This document shows positions 19,482-30,409 of a stretch of 64,000 bases of DNA, one piece after another. Numbering within the stretch: the first letter of the stretch is position 1; every line of letters starts with the position of its first letter. The notes under the pieces were generated by a model. That model ran no database searches. It was given only the letters and a program-made list of their open reading frames with translations, and was not told the origin of the DNA. The stretch lies in IMG/VR virus record IMGVR_UViG_3300035501_000922. One strand, written 5' to 3'. This DNA is from a virus. Lineage: Duplodnaviria > Caudoviricetes. A program made the position numbers and the translations under genes.

Positions 19482-20189
19482 ATGAGTAAAAAAGAAGAAA
19501 CCAGTGCACAGGAAACATCAATGGTTCTTAAGGCTGCTGAAGAACGGAAACCATTCAGGCTGAATGCCTATCGGATTCCTGATGTGGAGTTTGTATCTGT
19601 TCCTACTAAGGAAGATGTTGAAAAATTATTTAAAATGACTGATGCTGATTTTATAGTAATCAATGAGCTTCTCAGCACAAAATGTTCTGATGAAGATGTA
19701 AACAATTTCCTTGGTGATATGGAACTTGAAAGTAGAGAAATAGATGGTACTACTTTCATCCATGTATCATCAATTGTTAAGAATGATGAATGGGATGTAC
19801 CATCTCTTCCCATATTCGAGTTTGTAATGAAGCAGTTTTTCAAGAGTTATGTGAAATGCATTAAGGAACTTCAATCACCATCAGCTGATTATCAGCCGAA
19901 AACCCATATGATTTATTTTGATTGCAGTGACTTGGGTGTTATACACAATGACCGTCACAGAATTCATGAAAACATGCTCGACGATGTACAAGGTGTTCTC
20001 ATGAAAGTTATGGAAGATACATGGTATTCCGAACCTGAACTTGAGTATGAGAATATTTTTATTTGTATGGCGATAACTAATAACTGCAGTAACGACCCAA
20101 TCTTTACCCTTGAATCTGATAATCCGTATAAGACAAAGGATAAGAAGAACAAGAAGAAAGATAAAAAGAAGAAAAAGAAGAAGAAGTAA
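19482..20189 (+). CDS. Hypothetical protein with poly-Lys C-terminus
   Basis: 235-aa ORF, RBS, terminator after. Confidence 0.75.
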   Translation: MSKKEETSAQETSMVLKAAEERKPFRLNAYRIPDVEFVSVPTKEDVEKLFKMTDADFIVINELLSTKCSDEDVNNFLGDMELESREIDGTTFIHVSSIVKNDEWDVPSLPIFEFVMKQFFKSYVKCIKELQSPSADYQPKTHMIYFDCSDLGVIHNDRHRIHENMLDDVQGVLMKVMEDTWYSEPELEYENIFICMAITNNCSNDPIFTLESDNPYKTKDKKNKKKDKKKKKKKK

Positions 20190-20293
20190 ATTTGTGAATT
20201 AATGACAGTGAGAAATTTTCTCACTGTCATTAAATTTTTTAAGTTTATTTTATTATTTTTCTTACGACTTTAAAAATAAAGGAAGGTGAAATT

Positions 20294-21553
20294 ATGATAG
20301 ATTTAAAAGGTAAAGGTGATGAGATATTTCAATATATCTTTGATGATTATATTTTTAATAGAGACCTTAGTCCTGCAAATTCTGTGTTACAGCAATTAGA
20401 TTTATTGATAGAAAATAAACTTGCTGTAAAGATTACAGGACATGCTTATTTATATTCATCATCATTAAATATTCAATATAATGTCGCATCACAACTTATG
20501 GTAAAACATAATAAAGATTTAAAGAAATGCTTTAGGCGACTAAGTCATAATACACGTAGTGGTGGTATAAAAATATTCGCTGATGATAACCCGGAGCTTA
20601 TTAAAATAAGTTCTTATGTTTTAGACTGTGGAACTTATTCAGTGGTATTAAAAGATTCTGATTATGCAATTTTAATTGTAAATGAAGACCCTGATGACAG
20701 AAACTACAGTATTGAGTACGAATTATATTTTGTAGGAAAGCATTGTAACAAGTGGAAAAACAAGTATTTCGACAAAGTTAACAAGTACGAACAAATCAGA
20801 GATTCTAGTAGGGATGAAATCATATCATATAGCGAAAGGCATAAGCAACAAAAAATCGTAAAATTCAAATCATTCGATGATATGGTTTTTAAGGATAAAG
20901 AAAAGTATATTAAATATATTGATAACTGGGTTTCAAATATACCGACTTATTACAAACGAGGTGTACCTGCTAAGTTATCAATATTAATGTATGGAAAACC
21001 CGGTACAGGAAAGAGTAGTTTTTATAAAGCTCTTGCTAAGTATTTAGATATTCAAGATGTGTGCTGTATATCAGCATCATATTTTACAGACCCCGGAAAT
21101 AATAATCTAAGGTTTGGTTCTAAATATGCATATCCGGTTGTTTATGCATTAGATGATATTGATTGTGTTTGTAACTCAAGAAAGAATGATAAGAGTTTAA
21201 AGAACTCACAAATTGTATCATCACTTCTTGAATTTTTAGATAATCCACCGGGTTGTTATTACAAAGCCAGTGATGGTGTTTTCTATCCAGTATCAATAAT
21301 CGTTGCAACTACAAATTACTATGATGATTTGGATGAAGCTGTTAAACGATATGGTCGTTTTGATTTACAAATTGAAATGACTGATTTTGATGCTAATGAA
21401 GCAGAAGAAATGTGTCATTTATATGATTTGGCACTTTCGGATATAATTCATGAAAAAATTAAAGATGATTTTACTATTTCTCCTGCAAAGCTTCAGGCTT
21501 TATGTGTGGAGAATATCGATAGTCATCTTAAAGAAATGAAAACGGAGGTATAA
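20294..21553 (+). CDS. AAA+ ATPase (BCS1-like)
   Basis: Walker A GKPGTGKS, Walker B YALDDID, ATTN sensor, RYGRFD arginine finger. Confidence 0.9.
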   Translation: MIDLKGKGDEIFQYIFDDYIFNRDLSPANSVLQQLDLLIENKLAVKITGHAYLYSSSLNIQYNVASQLMVKHNKDLKKCFRRLSHNTRSGGIKIFADDNPELIKISSYVLDCGTYSVVLKDSDYAILIVNEDPDDRNYSIEYELYFVGKHCNKWKNKYFDKVNKYEQIRDSSRDEIISYSERHKQQKIVKFKSFDDMVFKDKEKYIKYIDNWVSNIPTYYKRGVPAKLSILMYGKPGTGKSSFYKALAKYLDIQDVCCISASYFTDPGNNNLRFGSKYAYPVVYALDDIDCVCNSRKNDKSLKNSQIVSSLLEFLDNPPGCYYKASDGVFYPVSIIVATTNYYDDLDEAVKRYGRFDLQIEMTDFDANEAEEMCHLYDLALSDIIHEKIKDDFTISPAKLQALCVENIDSHLKEMKTEV

Positions 21554-21555
21554 AA

Positions 21556-22410
21556 ATGAAACACAAGAAAAAGAACGCATATTCTGTTGCAGAGCAGAAT
21601 ATCAAAATTCTCAAGTCTGGGAAGATTAAGATTCAAAAGGGACAGAAAATTTCTCTGGTTCCTTATATCACAGACTCAGTAGCAAACACAGTTTGCTCAA
21701 GAATTGATGCAATCATCAGTAAGGAAGAAGTTGTTGTCGATACAACTAACTGCAGACTTGATACAACATCAACACTCTCAACTATGAGAAAAACTGTTGA
21801 GATGTTGTCTCGTATCGAAGGCTCTGGTACGCAGACAGTTATTCATATTATCAATAAGAAGAATGCAATTGAGATATTCGATTTTATGGATGACTCAATT
21901 GTTGGTACACTGCTTCGTTCTTCAACACTTGCAGCAATCTATAAGAAGATTAAAGATGATTGGTTTGATTTGAATGAATCTGATAAAACTCAGTTCACTA
22001 ATATTCTCTTCATTCCTGATATTCTTGTATTCCTTGATGAGGATACAGGAAAGGTAAAGAAAATACCTCACAAGGTTAATCTTCTTTTAGTAGCAGAACC
22101 TAGTCTTAAGGCAATGGCAACTGGTGTTGAAAGAGTTACTAGCGAACAGGCTGTTGAACGTACAATCAATGATGTATTCGCATCTGCAATTAAATGCGGT
22201 GCTAAGAACTTGGTAATTGCACCGTATTGTCATAAGATATTCCTTGAAGACCCTTATACAACTGCAGGAGTATGGCATGATTATACGACAATACAGAAGT
22301 CCATCGAAAACCTCAATAATGTAAATTTTGCTGTTAATAACGATGACTTATATATTATATTCATGAAGAATAACTCTTATAACAAGATGAATTCTGATTT
22401 AACCAAGTGA
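21556..22410 (+). CDS. Degenerate bacterial-PARG-like (TIGR02452-type) macrodomain protein
   Basis: LLRSSTL, FIPDILVFLDEDTG, VAEP, KCGAKNLVIAPYC..IFLEDP, VNFAV track the family; GGG..QEE missing. Confidence 0.5.
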   Translation: MKHKKKNAYSVAEQNIKILKSGKIKIQKGQKISLVPYITDSVANTVCSRIDAIISKEEVVVDTTNCRLDTTSTLSTMRKTVEMLSRIEGSGTQTVIHIINKKNAIEIFDFMDDSIVGTLLRSSTLAAIYKKIKDDWFDLNESDKTQFTNILFIPDILVFLDEDTGKVKKIPHKVNLLLVAEPSLKAMATGVERVTSEQAVERTINDVFASAIKCGAKNLVIAPYCHKIFLEDPYTTAGVWHDYTTIQKSIENLNNVNFAVNNDDLYIIFMKNNSYNKMNSDLTK

Positions 22411-22497
22411 TGTAAATTATGATTCTAACAGTTGAAATACACTGTTAGAATCTATTTTATTAATCACAATTGTTTAATTTGAAAGGAGTCGTTTATT

Positions 22498-23338
22498 ATG
22501 GCTATTGATTTATCAGTCGATGTTCCTGTTATTAATAATAGGAGCGAATTAAAACAATGGTTGAAACCAATGTATATCATATCAGATTATATGTCTGATT
22601 ATGATACCTACAAGAAGTTTCAACAAAAGATGTATAATCTTATTAAAGGGTGCTTTGTTATTAAAGAATGCAGAGAATACCCCGTAAGATTTAAGTTCAA
22701 CAAAAGAGATTCTGAAACATACGAACTTCAGTTAAGACATTTTGTAGTTAATCTTATTGTATGGTATCCTTTCATTGAACTTAACGACATTGATGTTCTC
22801 AATAAGTCTTTTATTCTCGATTGTTTCAATGACATTCCTGCTATTGAAACTTATATCAACGAGAAGCTTATCAGTACTTTGAGAGAATACCATGTTAAAT
22901 CAACTAAAGTTAACTACGCAATTTCAGAAGTCCTGTATAATTTAAGAAAAATCTCAGAGGATTTTTCCATTATATTGGGACTTAATTTTTCAGCACCCAC
23001 TTTCATTGATATGTACAATAATAATCCTGAAATTAAAGAACTCATGGAATGCACGTTTGAAGAGAACATGCAACCACATGAGATTGAACAAAAGTTACAG
23101 GAGTATGAAGATAAAGAAATAGGTATATTTAAGAATACTAAGGATAATCCTATTGGTACCATCCTTCGAGCTCAGACTGGTATTAAGCTTAAACAGCTTA
23201 GAGAATTTACCATCTCAGAAGGATTAAAACCTACTCTTACAGGAGAAACAATTCCTATACCTATTCAAAATAGTACAATGTTACGTGGTCTTGATAGACC
23301 CTCATACTTGTTCATAGACGCTATGGGTGCTCGTAAGT
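22498..23338 (+). CDS. rpoC: Multisubunit RNA polymerase beta-prime C-terminal subunit, exon 1
   Basis: Ends at bridge helix ...GL..PSYLFIDAMGARK. Confidence 0.85.
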
Positions 23339-24695
23339 AAAAAATTATTAATGGCTTACGTTAAACTCCCTTAACTGCTGGAAACTCCTTGGTGAGAGGA
23401 CAATCAGCAGCCAAGACATTTAAAGTATTACATTATGTAAGATTCCAATATGACTAACATTATTTTAAAAATTTTATGAAAAAGGTGATAATAATGATTT
23501 ATATTGGATTCGAAGAAGAATGGAAAAAAATTATAATTGATAATCAAGAAACGATTTATAGTATATCAAATTTTGCTAGAGTCCGTAATGATGAAACTGG
23601 TTTGATTAAAAAACATACAGTTGCCGAAAATAAACGTCATTTCGTGACATTGAATATAGACGGTGAATCTGTAAAAAAACTGGTATACAGATTAGTAGCA
23701 GAAGCATTCATACCTATACCTGAAAAATATCTTAAATTAGGTTATAATGCAAAATCCTTAGAAGTTGACCATATCAGAGATGGCGACCCTGAAAATCACG
23801 ATGATAATTCTGTATTTAATCTTCAATGGTTGACTAAGCGTGAGAATATAATCAAAGCTAGTCAAGCAGGTTTATATAAATCTGAAAATAAAAAATACAA
23901 GGATAAAAATCGAGAGAAAAAAGAAAGTGGATGGGGTCGACCCGGTGAAAAAAATCCTTCATCGGTTTATACTGAAAAACAGATTCGAGAAATATGTGAA
24001 CTACTTGTCGAAAATAAACTTAATGCACAAGAAATCGCTGATAAAGTTGGCGTTAAAAAAGGACTTGTACATGATGTTAGAATCGGTAGAGCATGGAAGC
24101 ATGTATCAAAAGAATATGACTTCAGTCATTATGACAGAAAGATTGGTTTACAGTATGAGCCAGAGTTGCTAAAAAATTTAGATATACTGATTAATATGGA
24201 TGCTACTAATAAACAGATACGTGAAATACTAAAACTTGATAATGACAAAACCGTCAGAGCACTGATTTCCAGTCATAGAAAAAAACTTGGTAAGAACATA
24301 ACTGTTCGAACGGTATATGATCCACAGATTCTTCAAAAAATAGATGAGTATATAATTGCAGGGAAAACTAATAATGAAATTAAATCTCAACTTAATCTAG
24401 TACATGAAGGTAGAACAGATGTTTTACTTTCTGCACATAGAAGAAGACTAAGTGTTCCTGCACCATCTAGAAATTAATACTTTTAAATGTAAGGTTCAAC
24501 GACTATCGAAAACATAACCTAGAAGAAACATCTAGGTGAAGAAGTGAGTAGAGTACACTCTAAGTAGAGTGGAAATGGGGAGCAGTGTATATTTGGTAAT
24601 AGAATATATATTGAAGATATAGTCTACTCTGCATGGTAACATGCAGCCGTTTACGGATATAAGTGTAACGGACTTATATGAATACAATACTAACG
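23339..24695 (+). mobile_element. Group I intron 1 of beta-prime subunit, HNH gene in P6a
   Basis: P1 CGUAAGU/GCUUACG; AACTGCTGGAAAC, AATCAGCAGCC, GTTCAACGACTA, AAGATATAGTC; stem ACATTTAAAGTATTA/TAATACTTTTAAATGT encloses ORF. Confidence 0.9.
23494..24477 (+). CDS. Intron-encoded NUMOD4/HNH homing endonuclease
   Basis: EEWKKI...YSISNFARVRN; YRLVAEAFIP; VDH...DDNSVFNLQWLTKREN; HTH. Confidence 0.9.
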   Translation: MIYIGFEEEWKKIIIDNQETIYSISNFARVRNDETGLIKKHTVAENKRHFVTLNIDGESVKKLVYRLVAEAFIPIPEKYLKLGYNAKSLEVDHIRDGDPENHDDNSVFNLQWLTKRENIIKASQAGLYKSENKKYKDKNREKKESGWGRPGEKNPSSVYTEKQIREICELLVENKLNAQEIADKVGVKKGLVHDVRIGRAWKHVSKEYDFSHYDRKIGLQYEPELLKNLDILINMDATNKQIREILKLDNDKTVRALISSHRKKLGKNITVRTVYDPQILQKIDEYIIAGKTNNEIKSQLNLVHEGRTDVLLSAHRRRLSVPAPSRN

Positions 24696-24742
24696 CATTA
24701 GTAATGAATAAGAAGGTCATGGGAAGAGCTGGTTACTTCGGT
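24696..24742 (+). CDS. rpoC: Beta-prime subunit 47-nt micro-exon 2 (bridge helix)
   Basis: Encodes (S)LVMNKKVMGRAGYFG, aligning to GARKGLADTALKTANSGYL. Confidence 0.85.
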
Positions 24743-25091
24743 GTGTAATATTCGCCGGGAATATATAGTAATATATATTCATGTACTCTCTTAATTGCTG
24801 GGAACTCTTGCTAGGTCATTAGTACTACGTGTAATAATCTAATGAATAGAGACAATCAGCAGCCAAGACTCTTTATAAGAGTAAGGTTCAACGACTATCG
24901 AAAAGGTATCTATAATAGAAATATCATAGAGAGTAACTGAGTAGAGTAGGATTTAAGTAAATCCGAAATGGAGAGCTTCCTATATTTGGTAATAGAATAT
25001 AGGAATGAAGATATAGTCTAGTATCCTATGGAGACATAGGGAAGTTCATAAGAGAACTGTATAGAATTAACACTTCTATATGAATAAAACG
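24743..25091 (+). ncRNA. Group I intron 2 of beta-prime subunit (ORF-less)
   Basis: P1 UUCGGU/GCCGGG; P, Q, R, S elements; terminal G; in-frame junction YFG|KIVLLLAR. Confidence 0.9.
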
Positions 25092-26297
25092 AAAATAGTT
25101 CTTTTACTAGCAAGAACACTTAGCTTATCAACAGAGACATCTGATTGTAATACTAAGCATCTTGTTACGTATGACATAACCAGTAAAAAAGTACTCAATA
25201 AACTAAACGGAAAATATTATAAAGAGAGCGAAGATGATGATATTAAGCTTCTTAATGCTAAAACAGATATTCACCTTATAGGTAAGAGTATTCTTGTTCG
25301 CTCTCCTGCAACATGTGCTTGTGGAGATAGTGTATGTGCTAGATGCATTGGTACTACTGCTGTAATTAATCAGGATATTGGTGATGGATTCTCAGCGTTT
25401 GAATCTGAAGAAATTACCAAGATAATTAATCAGTCTATTCTATCGACAAAGCATCTTTTAACAACTAATTCGGAGGTTATTGAATTTAACCCAGAATTTC
25501 ATAAGTTCTTTACCATTCTTGGTGGAGAGATTAATCCAATCGTTAATGAAAACAAATACGTTGACGATATATCGGATTATGCAATTTATATAGACCCAGA
25601 TGATATATCTAAGGTTGAAGAGATGGATGATGATTCACTGTATAATACTATGATTTACAATGGTAGATTTTACGTAAGAAACATCAATGACCCTGAAGAA
25701 CCTGATATATTAATACAGGCTGTAGGAGAAAAGGAGATATATATAACAGAAGAAGCAACTACACTTCTTAAGAAGGGTAAAGGTTTAATTAAATTCCAAG
25801 ATTTGGATGATGACATTAAGTTATTTGAGATGACAATTCTTAATAATGAACTTACTAAACCTTTGTATGATTTGATGGACCTGCTCAATAAAAATAAGAA
25901 AGACGATATTGATATGACAATAGACTCTATGTGTCAGAAGTTCATGGAACTGATGATTGATTCTAAGATTTCCGCTAATATCGTAGCAGCAGAAATAATC
26001 ATTAATAGATTAATAAGGTCTGTAGAGAATCCTTATGATAGACCCGATTTTACACAAGATGAGATGCCCTTGTATACAATCTTCACAGTCAGAAAAGCCC
26101 TTGAAAAGAATCGTTCACCATTAATTGGATTATCATTCCAAGATATCAAACGACAGTTTTTAAGTGATGACCTTTATGATGAGCGAGATGGAACATCTTA
26201 TATTGACGCATTCTTCCGTACTGAAATACCTACTGACAATCTTAAGACTTATGCTGAGATGGTTAGTAAAGATAATTTAAATAAGAGAGGTAAATAA
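25092..26297 (+). CDS. rpoC: Beta-prime subunit exon 3
   Basis: DCNT, RSPATC..VCARCIG zinc site, trigger loop QSILSTKH. Confidence 0.88.
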   Translation, partial: KIVLLLARTLSLSTETSDCNTKHLVTYDITSKKVLNKLNGKYYKESEDDDIKLLNAKTDIHLIGKSILVRSPATCACGDSVCARCIGTTAVINQDIGDGFSAFESEEITKIINQSILSTKHLLTTNSEVIEFNPEFHKFFTILGGEINPIVNENKYVDDISDYAIYIDPDDISKVEEMDDDSLYNTMIYNGRFYVRNINDPEEPDILIQAVGEKEIYITEEATTLLKKGKGLIKFQDLDDDIKLFEMTILNNELTKPLYDLMDLLNKNKKDDIDMTIDSMCQKFMELMIDSKISANIVAAEIIINRLIRSVENPYDRPDFTQDEMPLYTIFTVRKALEKNRSPLIGLSFQDIKRQFLSDDLYDERDGTSYIDAFFRTEIPTDNLKTYAEMVSKDNLNKRGK

Positions 26298-26407
26298 TAC
26301 GGAACGTTTTTATGTGTAGGAGATTATCGATCTCCTACACATTTTTTTATAGTTTTTATAGGGTTTTTATTTATATATTATTATATTGAAGAAAGGAGTT
26401 GGTTATA

Positions 26408-26800
26408 ATGCCAGTACAAGTAATAATCCATCGTCAACTTATTTACAAGGAGGTTAATAGAATCTTTGAGTCGAATTTACCTGCTGAACTCAAAGGTAAA
26501 TTATTACCTCCTAATTCTAAGTATGCAAAATTGTTCATGAGCATAGCAACGAGTATTTCGCTTAACAAAGGTGACTGTTTGTTAAAGGAGAATACATACT
26601 GCTGGACTATTAGTATGGACGATTTTAACAGTATACTTGAGGATTTGGAAGACGGCTTTGGTACAAAATTTACAGAAACGAGCGGTCAAAGAGTGTGCAA
26701 TGATATGGTTTTCCGTGATGGAGATTATATCATATTTGATAACCATGATAAATTTATATTCTCAGGTGGTTATTGGTTACATGAAAAAGATAGAGGTTAA
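26408..26800 (+). CDS. Hypothetical early protein
   Basis: RBS; early motif 26370-26381. Confidence 0.65.
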   Translation: MPVQVIIHRQLIYKEVNRIFESNLPAELKGKLLPPNSKYAKLFMSIATSISLNKGDCLLKENTYCWTISMDDFNSILEDLEDGFGTKFTETSGQRVCNDMVFRDGDYIIFDNHDKFIFSGGYWLHEKDRG

Positions 26801-26920
26801 CCTCTATCTTTTTTTATTTTTTTATTTTTGAACTAGCCAATTAATTACTTGAATAAACCTATTTTTCATTTTAATAAAGACATTTTCTTAATCTATTTGA
26901 AGAAAGGACTGATTTATCCA

Positions 26921-27793
26921 ATGATGAAAATCATTAAACGAGATAGTACGGAAGTTGATTTCATTCGTACTAAAATCGAAATTGCTATTTCAAAAGCTAA
27001 TAAAGAGGTGAAGCCTGAACAACAGATTTCATATGAAACTATATGTAATATAGCTAACGATATTGAAAAGACGTGTGCTAAATCTCAGCATGCTCTTAAT
27101 GTTGAAGATATTCAGGATATGGTTGAAACAAAGTTAATGGAAGTTGGAGCTTTTGAAATCTCTAAGAAGTATATCAAATATAGATATGACCATGAGTTAA
27201 GAAGAAAAGCAAATACCACAGATGATAAAATCATGTCTCTTATCGAATGTAATAATGAAGAAATCAAACAAGAAAATTCAAATAAAAATCCAACCATAGT
27301 TTCTGTTCAGAGAGACTATGTTGCTGGTGAGGTAAGTAAAGATTTAACAAGAAGATTTCTACTTGATGAAGATATAATCGCTGCTCATGATGAAGGTATT
27401 ATTCATTTCCATGATATGGATTATTTTCTTGAGAAAATGTCGAATTGCTCTCTTGTTAATCTTTTTGACATGCTATGGAATGGTACTGTAATAAGCGGCA
27501 CAATGATAGATAGACCTCATACATTCTCAACTGCTTGTAATATAGCAACGCAAATCATTGCCCAAGTGGCATCTTCGCAGTTTGGGGGTCAGTCTATAAA
27601 TATGGCTGACTTAGTCAAATTCGTTGATATATCAAGACAGAAAATAAAAGCAGATGTTGAGGACGAACTCCAGATTTCTGGTGGAGACATTTCTCGTTTA
27701 GATGAAATTGTCGAAAAGAGACTTAAAAAAGAAATTGAAAAAGGTGTACAGACAATCCAGTATCAGGTAGTGACCCTGATGACCACTAACGGT
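26921..27793 (+). CDS. nrdD: Anaerobic ribonucleoside-triphosphate reductase, exon 1
   Basis: ATP cone, ENSNK, IHFHDMDY, NCSLVN, FGGQS, MTTNG. Confidence 0.95.
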
Positions 27794-28105
27794 TTAATTA
27801 ATAAATTTGGCTGTTATAAAACTGCGTGAACTGTTTTATTCAACAGGTGTGAGTTATAAAACTCGCTAACGGTAGAAGTGATATACATAAATAAGCTTCG
27901 TAAGAGAACCTACGGTCCAGCAATGGATAGCAGGTAATACCGTGCTAAGTTTATCTAAATAATAAATAGATAAAAAAGTGTAGAGACTAAGGCTGATGAA
28001 TGTAAGCCTGTAGGGTGGAGATGAATACCACTCAAAGTGCGTGGCAAATGTTTTTAACATTTGAAGAGATAGTCCATTTGTAATTGAAAAATTACTGGAG
28101 CAATG
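27794..28105 (+). ncRNA. Group I intron A of nrdD
   Basis: P1 UAACGGU/GCUGUUA; GCTAACGG..AATACCGTGC, GTAGAGACTA, AAGAGATAGTCC; junction TNG|QAPF. Confidence 0.9.
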
Positions 28106-28988
28106 CAAGCTCCATTTGTAACATTATTTTTATACTTAGGTGCTGTACCTGAAGGACCTGAAAAAGAAGACCTTGCTATGGTTATCGAAGAAGTACTTAA
28201 ACAACGTTACATTGGTACAAAGAATGAAAAAGGTGAGTATGTTACACCAGCATTTCCAAAGCTTATATTTGTTTTGGATGAAGATAACGTATATGATGAT
28301 AGTAAATATCATTATTTATTCGAATTAGCTGCTAAATGTACAGCTAAGCGTATGGTTCCCGATTATATATCTGCTAAGATTATGAAGCAGTTAAAACAGG
28401 GTAACGTATATACGTGTATGGGATGTGTAGATGGAGATTCCATTATTAAATATAAATATAAAGATGAAACGTACTTTGAGTCTTTCTTTAAAGCATGGAA
28501 TAGACTCTCAAAAGATTTTGAAGTAAAACATCAGTATACAGAAGATAATCCTAATGTATATATGGATTTAACTGGTGTTGAAATATATGACACATTAAAA
28601 GGATTCGTTAATACAAAACGAATTATTCGTAATATAAGTAAAGAATGGTTAGAAGTTACATTCAGTAATGGTCAAAAGATAATTTGTACAAAAGACCATC
28701 CATTTGATGTTATTGATAAAGGAAGAACTTTAGCATCTGAATTAACTGTAGATAATTGCTGGGTATATAGTTCATTTCCTACTGATTCGTCATTAAATTG
28801 CCAAGAGGTATGCACAGTATTCGTAACTAATATCAAAGAAGTAGTTAAGTCTGCTTACAGTTATGATGTAACAACTGATTCTGATCATTTTGAAGTAAAT
28901 AGTATTTATAGTCACAACTGTCGTTCATTCTTGACGGTTGAAGACAAGATAAGAAACGAAGATGGGACTCATAAGTTCTACGGACGTT
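28106..28988 (+). CDS. nrdD: NrdD exon 2 (contains intein)
   Basis: QAPFVT, FPKL, RMVPD, MG[intein]CRSFL, FYGR. Confidence 0.93.
28424..28918 (+). mobile_element. Mini-intein (165 aa) at the MG|CR active-site cysteine
   Basis: Starts CVDGDS, block B CTKDHPF, block F YDVT, ends SHN followed by C; no endonuclease. Confidence 0.93.
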
Positions 28989-29260
28989 TGACCCTTAAGT
29001 TAAGACGTCCTTAAACCCTGTGAACGCATGAAAAAGCGGTGTGGAGATTTTCTCTGCTAACGGCGAAACCTCTATGAGGTAATACCGTGCCAATTATTGA
29101 ATTCAATAAAGGTGTAACGACTATCGAAAACATAACCTAATTACATAGGTGAAGAAGTGAGTAGAGTAGAATTGATTTTATCACAGTTCGAAGCGCAGGG
29201 CATGTATTAATGAATACATGATGAGATAGTCTATGCATATAGCGATATATGTTTAACATG
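28989..29260 (+). ncRNA. Group I intron B of nrdD
   Basis: P1 GGACGUU/GACGUCC; GTAACGACTA, ATGAGATAGTC; junction restores YGRFNQGVVTINL. Confidence 0.9.
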
Positions 29261-30103
29261 TTAACCAAGGTGTTGTTACTATTAATTTAGTTGACGTTGC
29301 TTTATCATCTGGAAAAGATGAAAACAAATTCTGGAAAATATTTGAAGAGAGACTTGAATTATGTCATAGAGCATTAAGAGCAAGACATGAAAGACTTCTT
29401 GGAACTCCTTCAGATGTTGCTCCTATTTTCTGGCAGCATGGTGCAATTGCCAGATTGAAGAAAGGTGAAACTATTGATAAACTCTTATATGATGGATATT
29501 CCACATTATCTCTTGGATATGCTGGTTTATATGAGTGTGTATATTATATGACTGGTGTATCTCATACAGAAAAAGATGTTGGTATGCCGTTTGGTTTATC
29601 AGTAATGCAGAAATTAAATGATAAGTGTGCTGAATGGAGAGCTGCTGAAAATATTGCATATTCAGTTTATGGTACTCCCCTTGAAAGTACTACATATAAA
29701 TTTGCTAAATGTCTGCAGAAGAGATTTGGTATTATTGAAAATGTAACTGACCATAATTACATTACGAATTCATATCATTGCTCAGTTAGAGAAGAAATCA
29801 ATGCATTTGATAAGCTTACATTTGAGTCTGAATTCCAGAAGTTATCACCAGGTGGAGCTATTAGTTATGTAGAAGCTCCTAATCTTGAAGATAACTTAGA
29901 TGCAGTTATGGAGATTCTTAAGCATATATATGATACCATTATGTATGCTGAAATTAATATAAAGAGTGACTATTGTCACGTTTGTGGTTCTACTCAAGAA
30001 ATTAAAATAGTCGAAGATGAATCCGGTAAACTCATTTGGGAATGTCCTAATTGTGGAAACAGAGACCAGAATAAAATGAATGTCGCTAGACGTACATGTG
30101 GGT
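29261..30103 (+). CDS. nrdD: NrdD exon 3
   Basis: NQGVVTINL, LGYAGLYE, YGTPLES, TNSYH, CHVC/CPNC, RRTCG. Confidence 0.93.
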
Positions 30104-30409
30104 TAATTTAATATAGCTCACGTTAAATTGCTTAAATTGCGGGAAAGTCCCCATAATACTAATTGGCTACAACGTAATCTGAAAAGATAAGCGTGAATGC
30201 GGTATAAGTTTAAAACTTTAGAAACCTTAAAAACAAATTAGCGTAGGGATAACCGAGGGTGCAAGTCCCTCAGACGCAGCAAAACTCCTTAACAGGTTAT
30301 GCTGATGGAGGATGTTCAACGACTATAATAGCAATTAATTATTTATAAATAATTAAAATGTATAGTCTACTCCCCTAAGTAAATATCGGGAAACCGAGGG
30401 TATTAAAGG
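30104..30409 (+). ncRNA. Group I intron C of nrdD at the glycyl-radical loop
   Basis: P1 GUGGGU/GCUCAC; AATTGCGGGAA, GTTCAACGACTA, TATAGTCTA; junction restores RTCGYIG. Confidence 0.88.
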
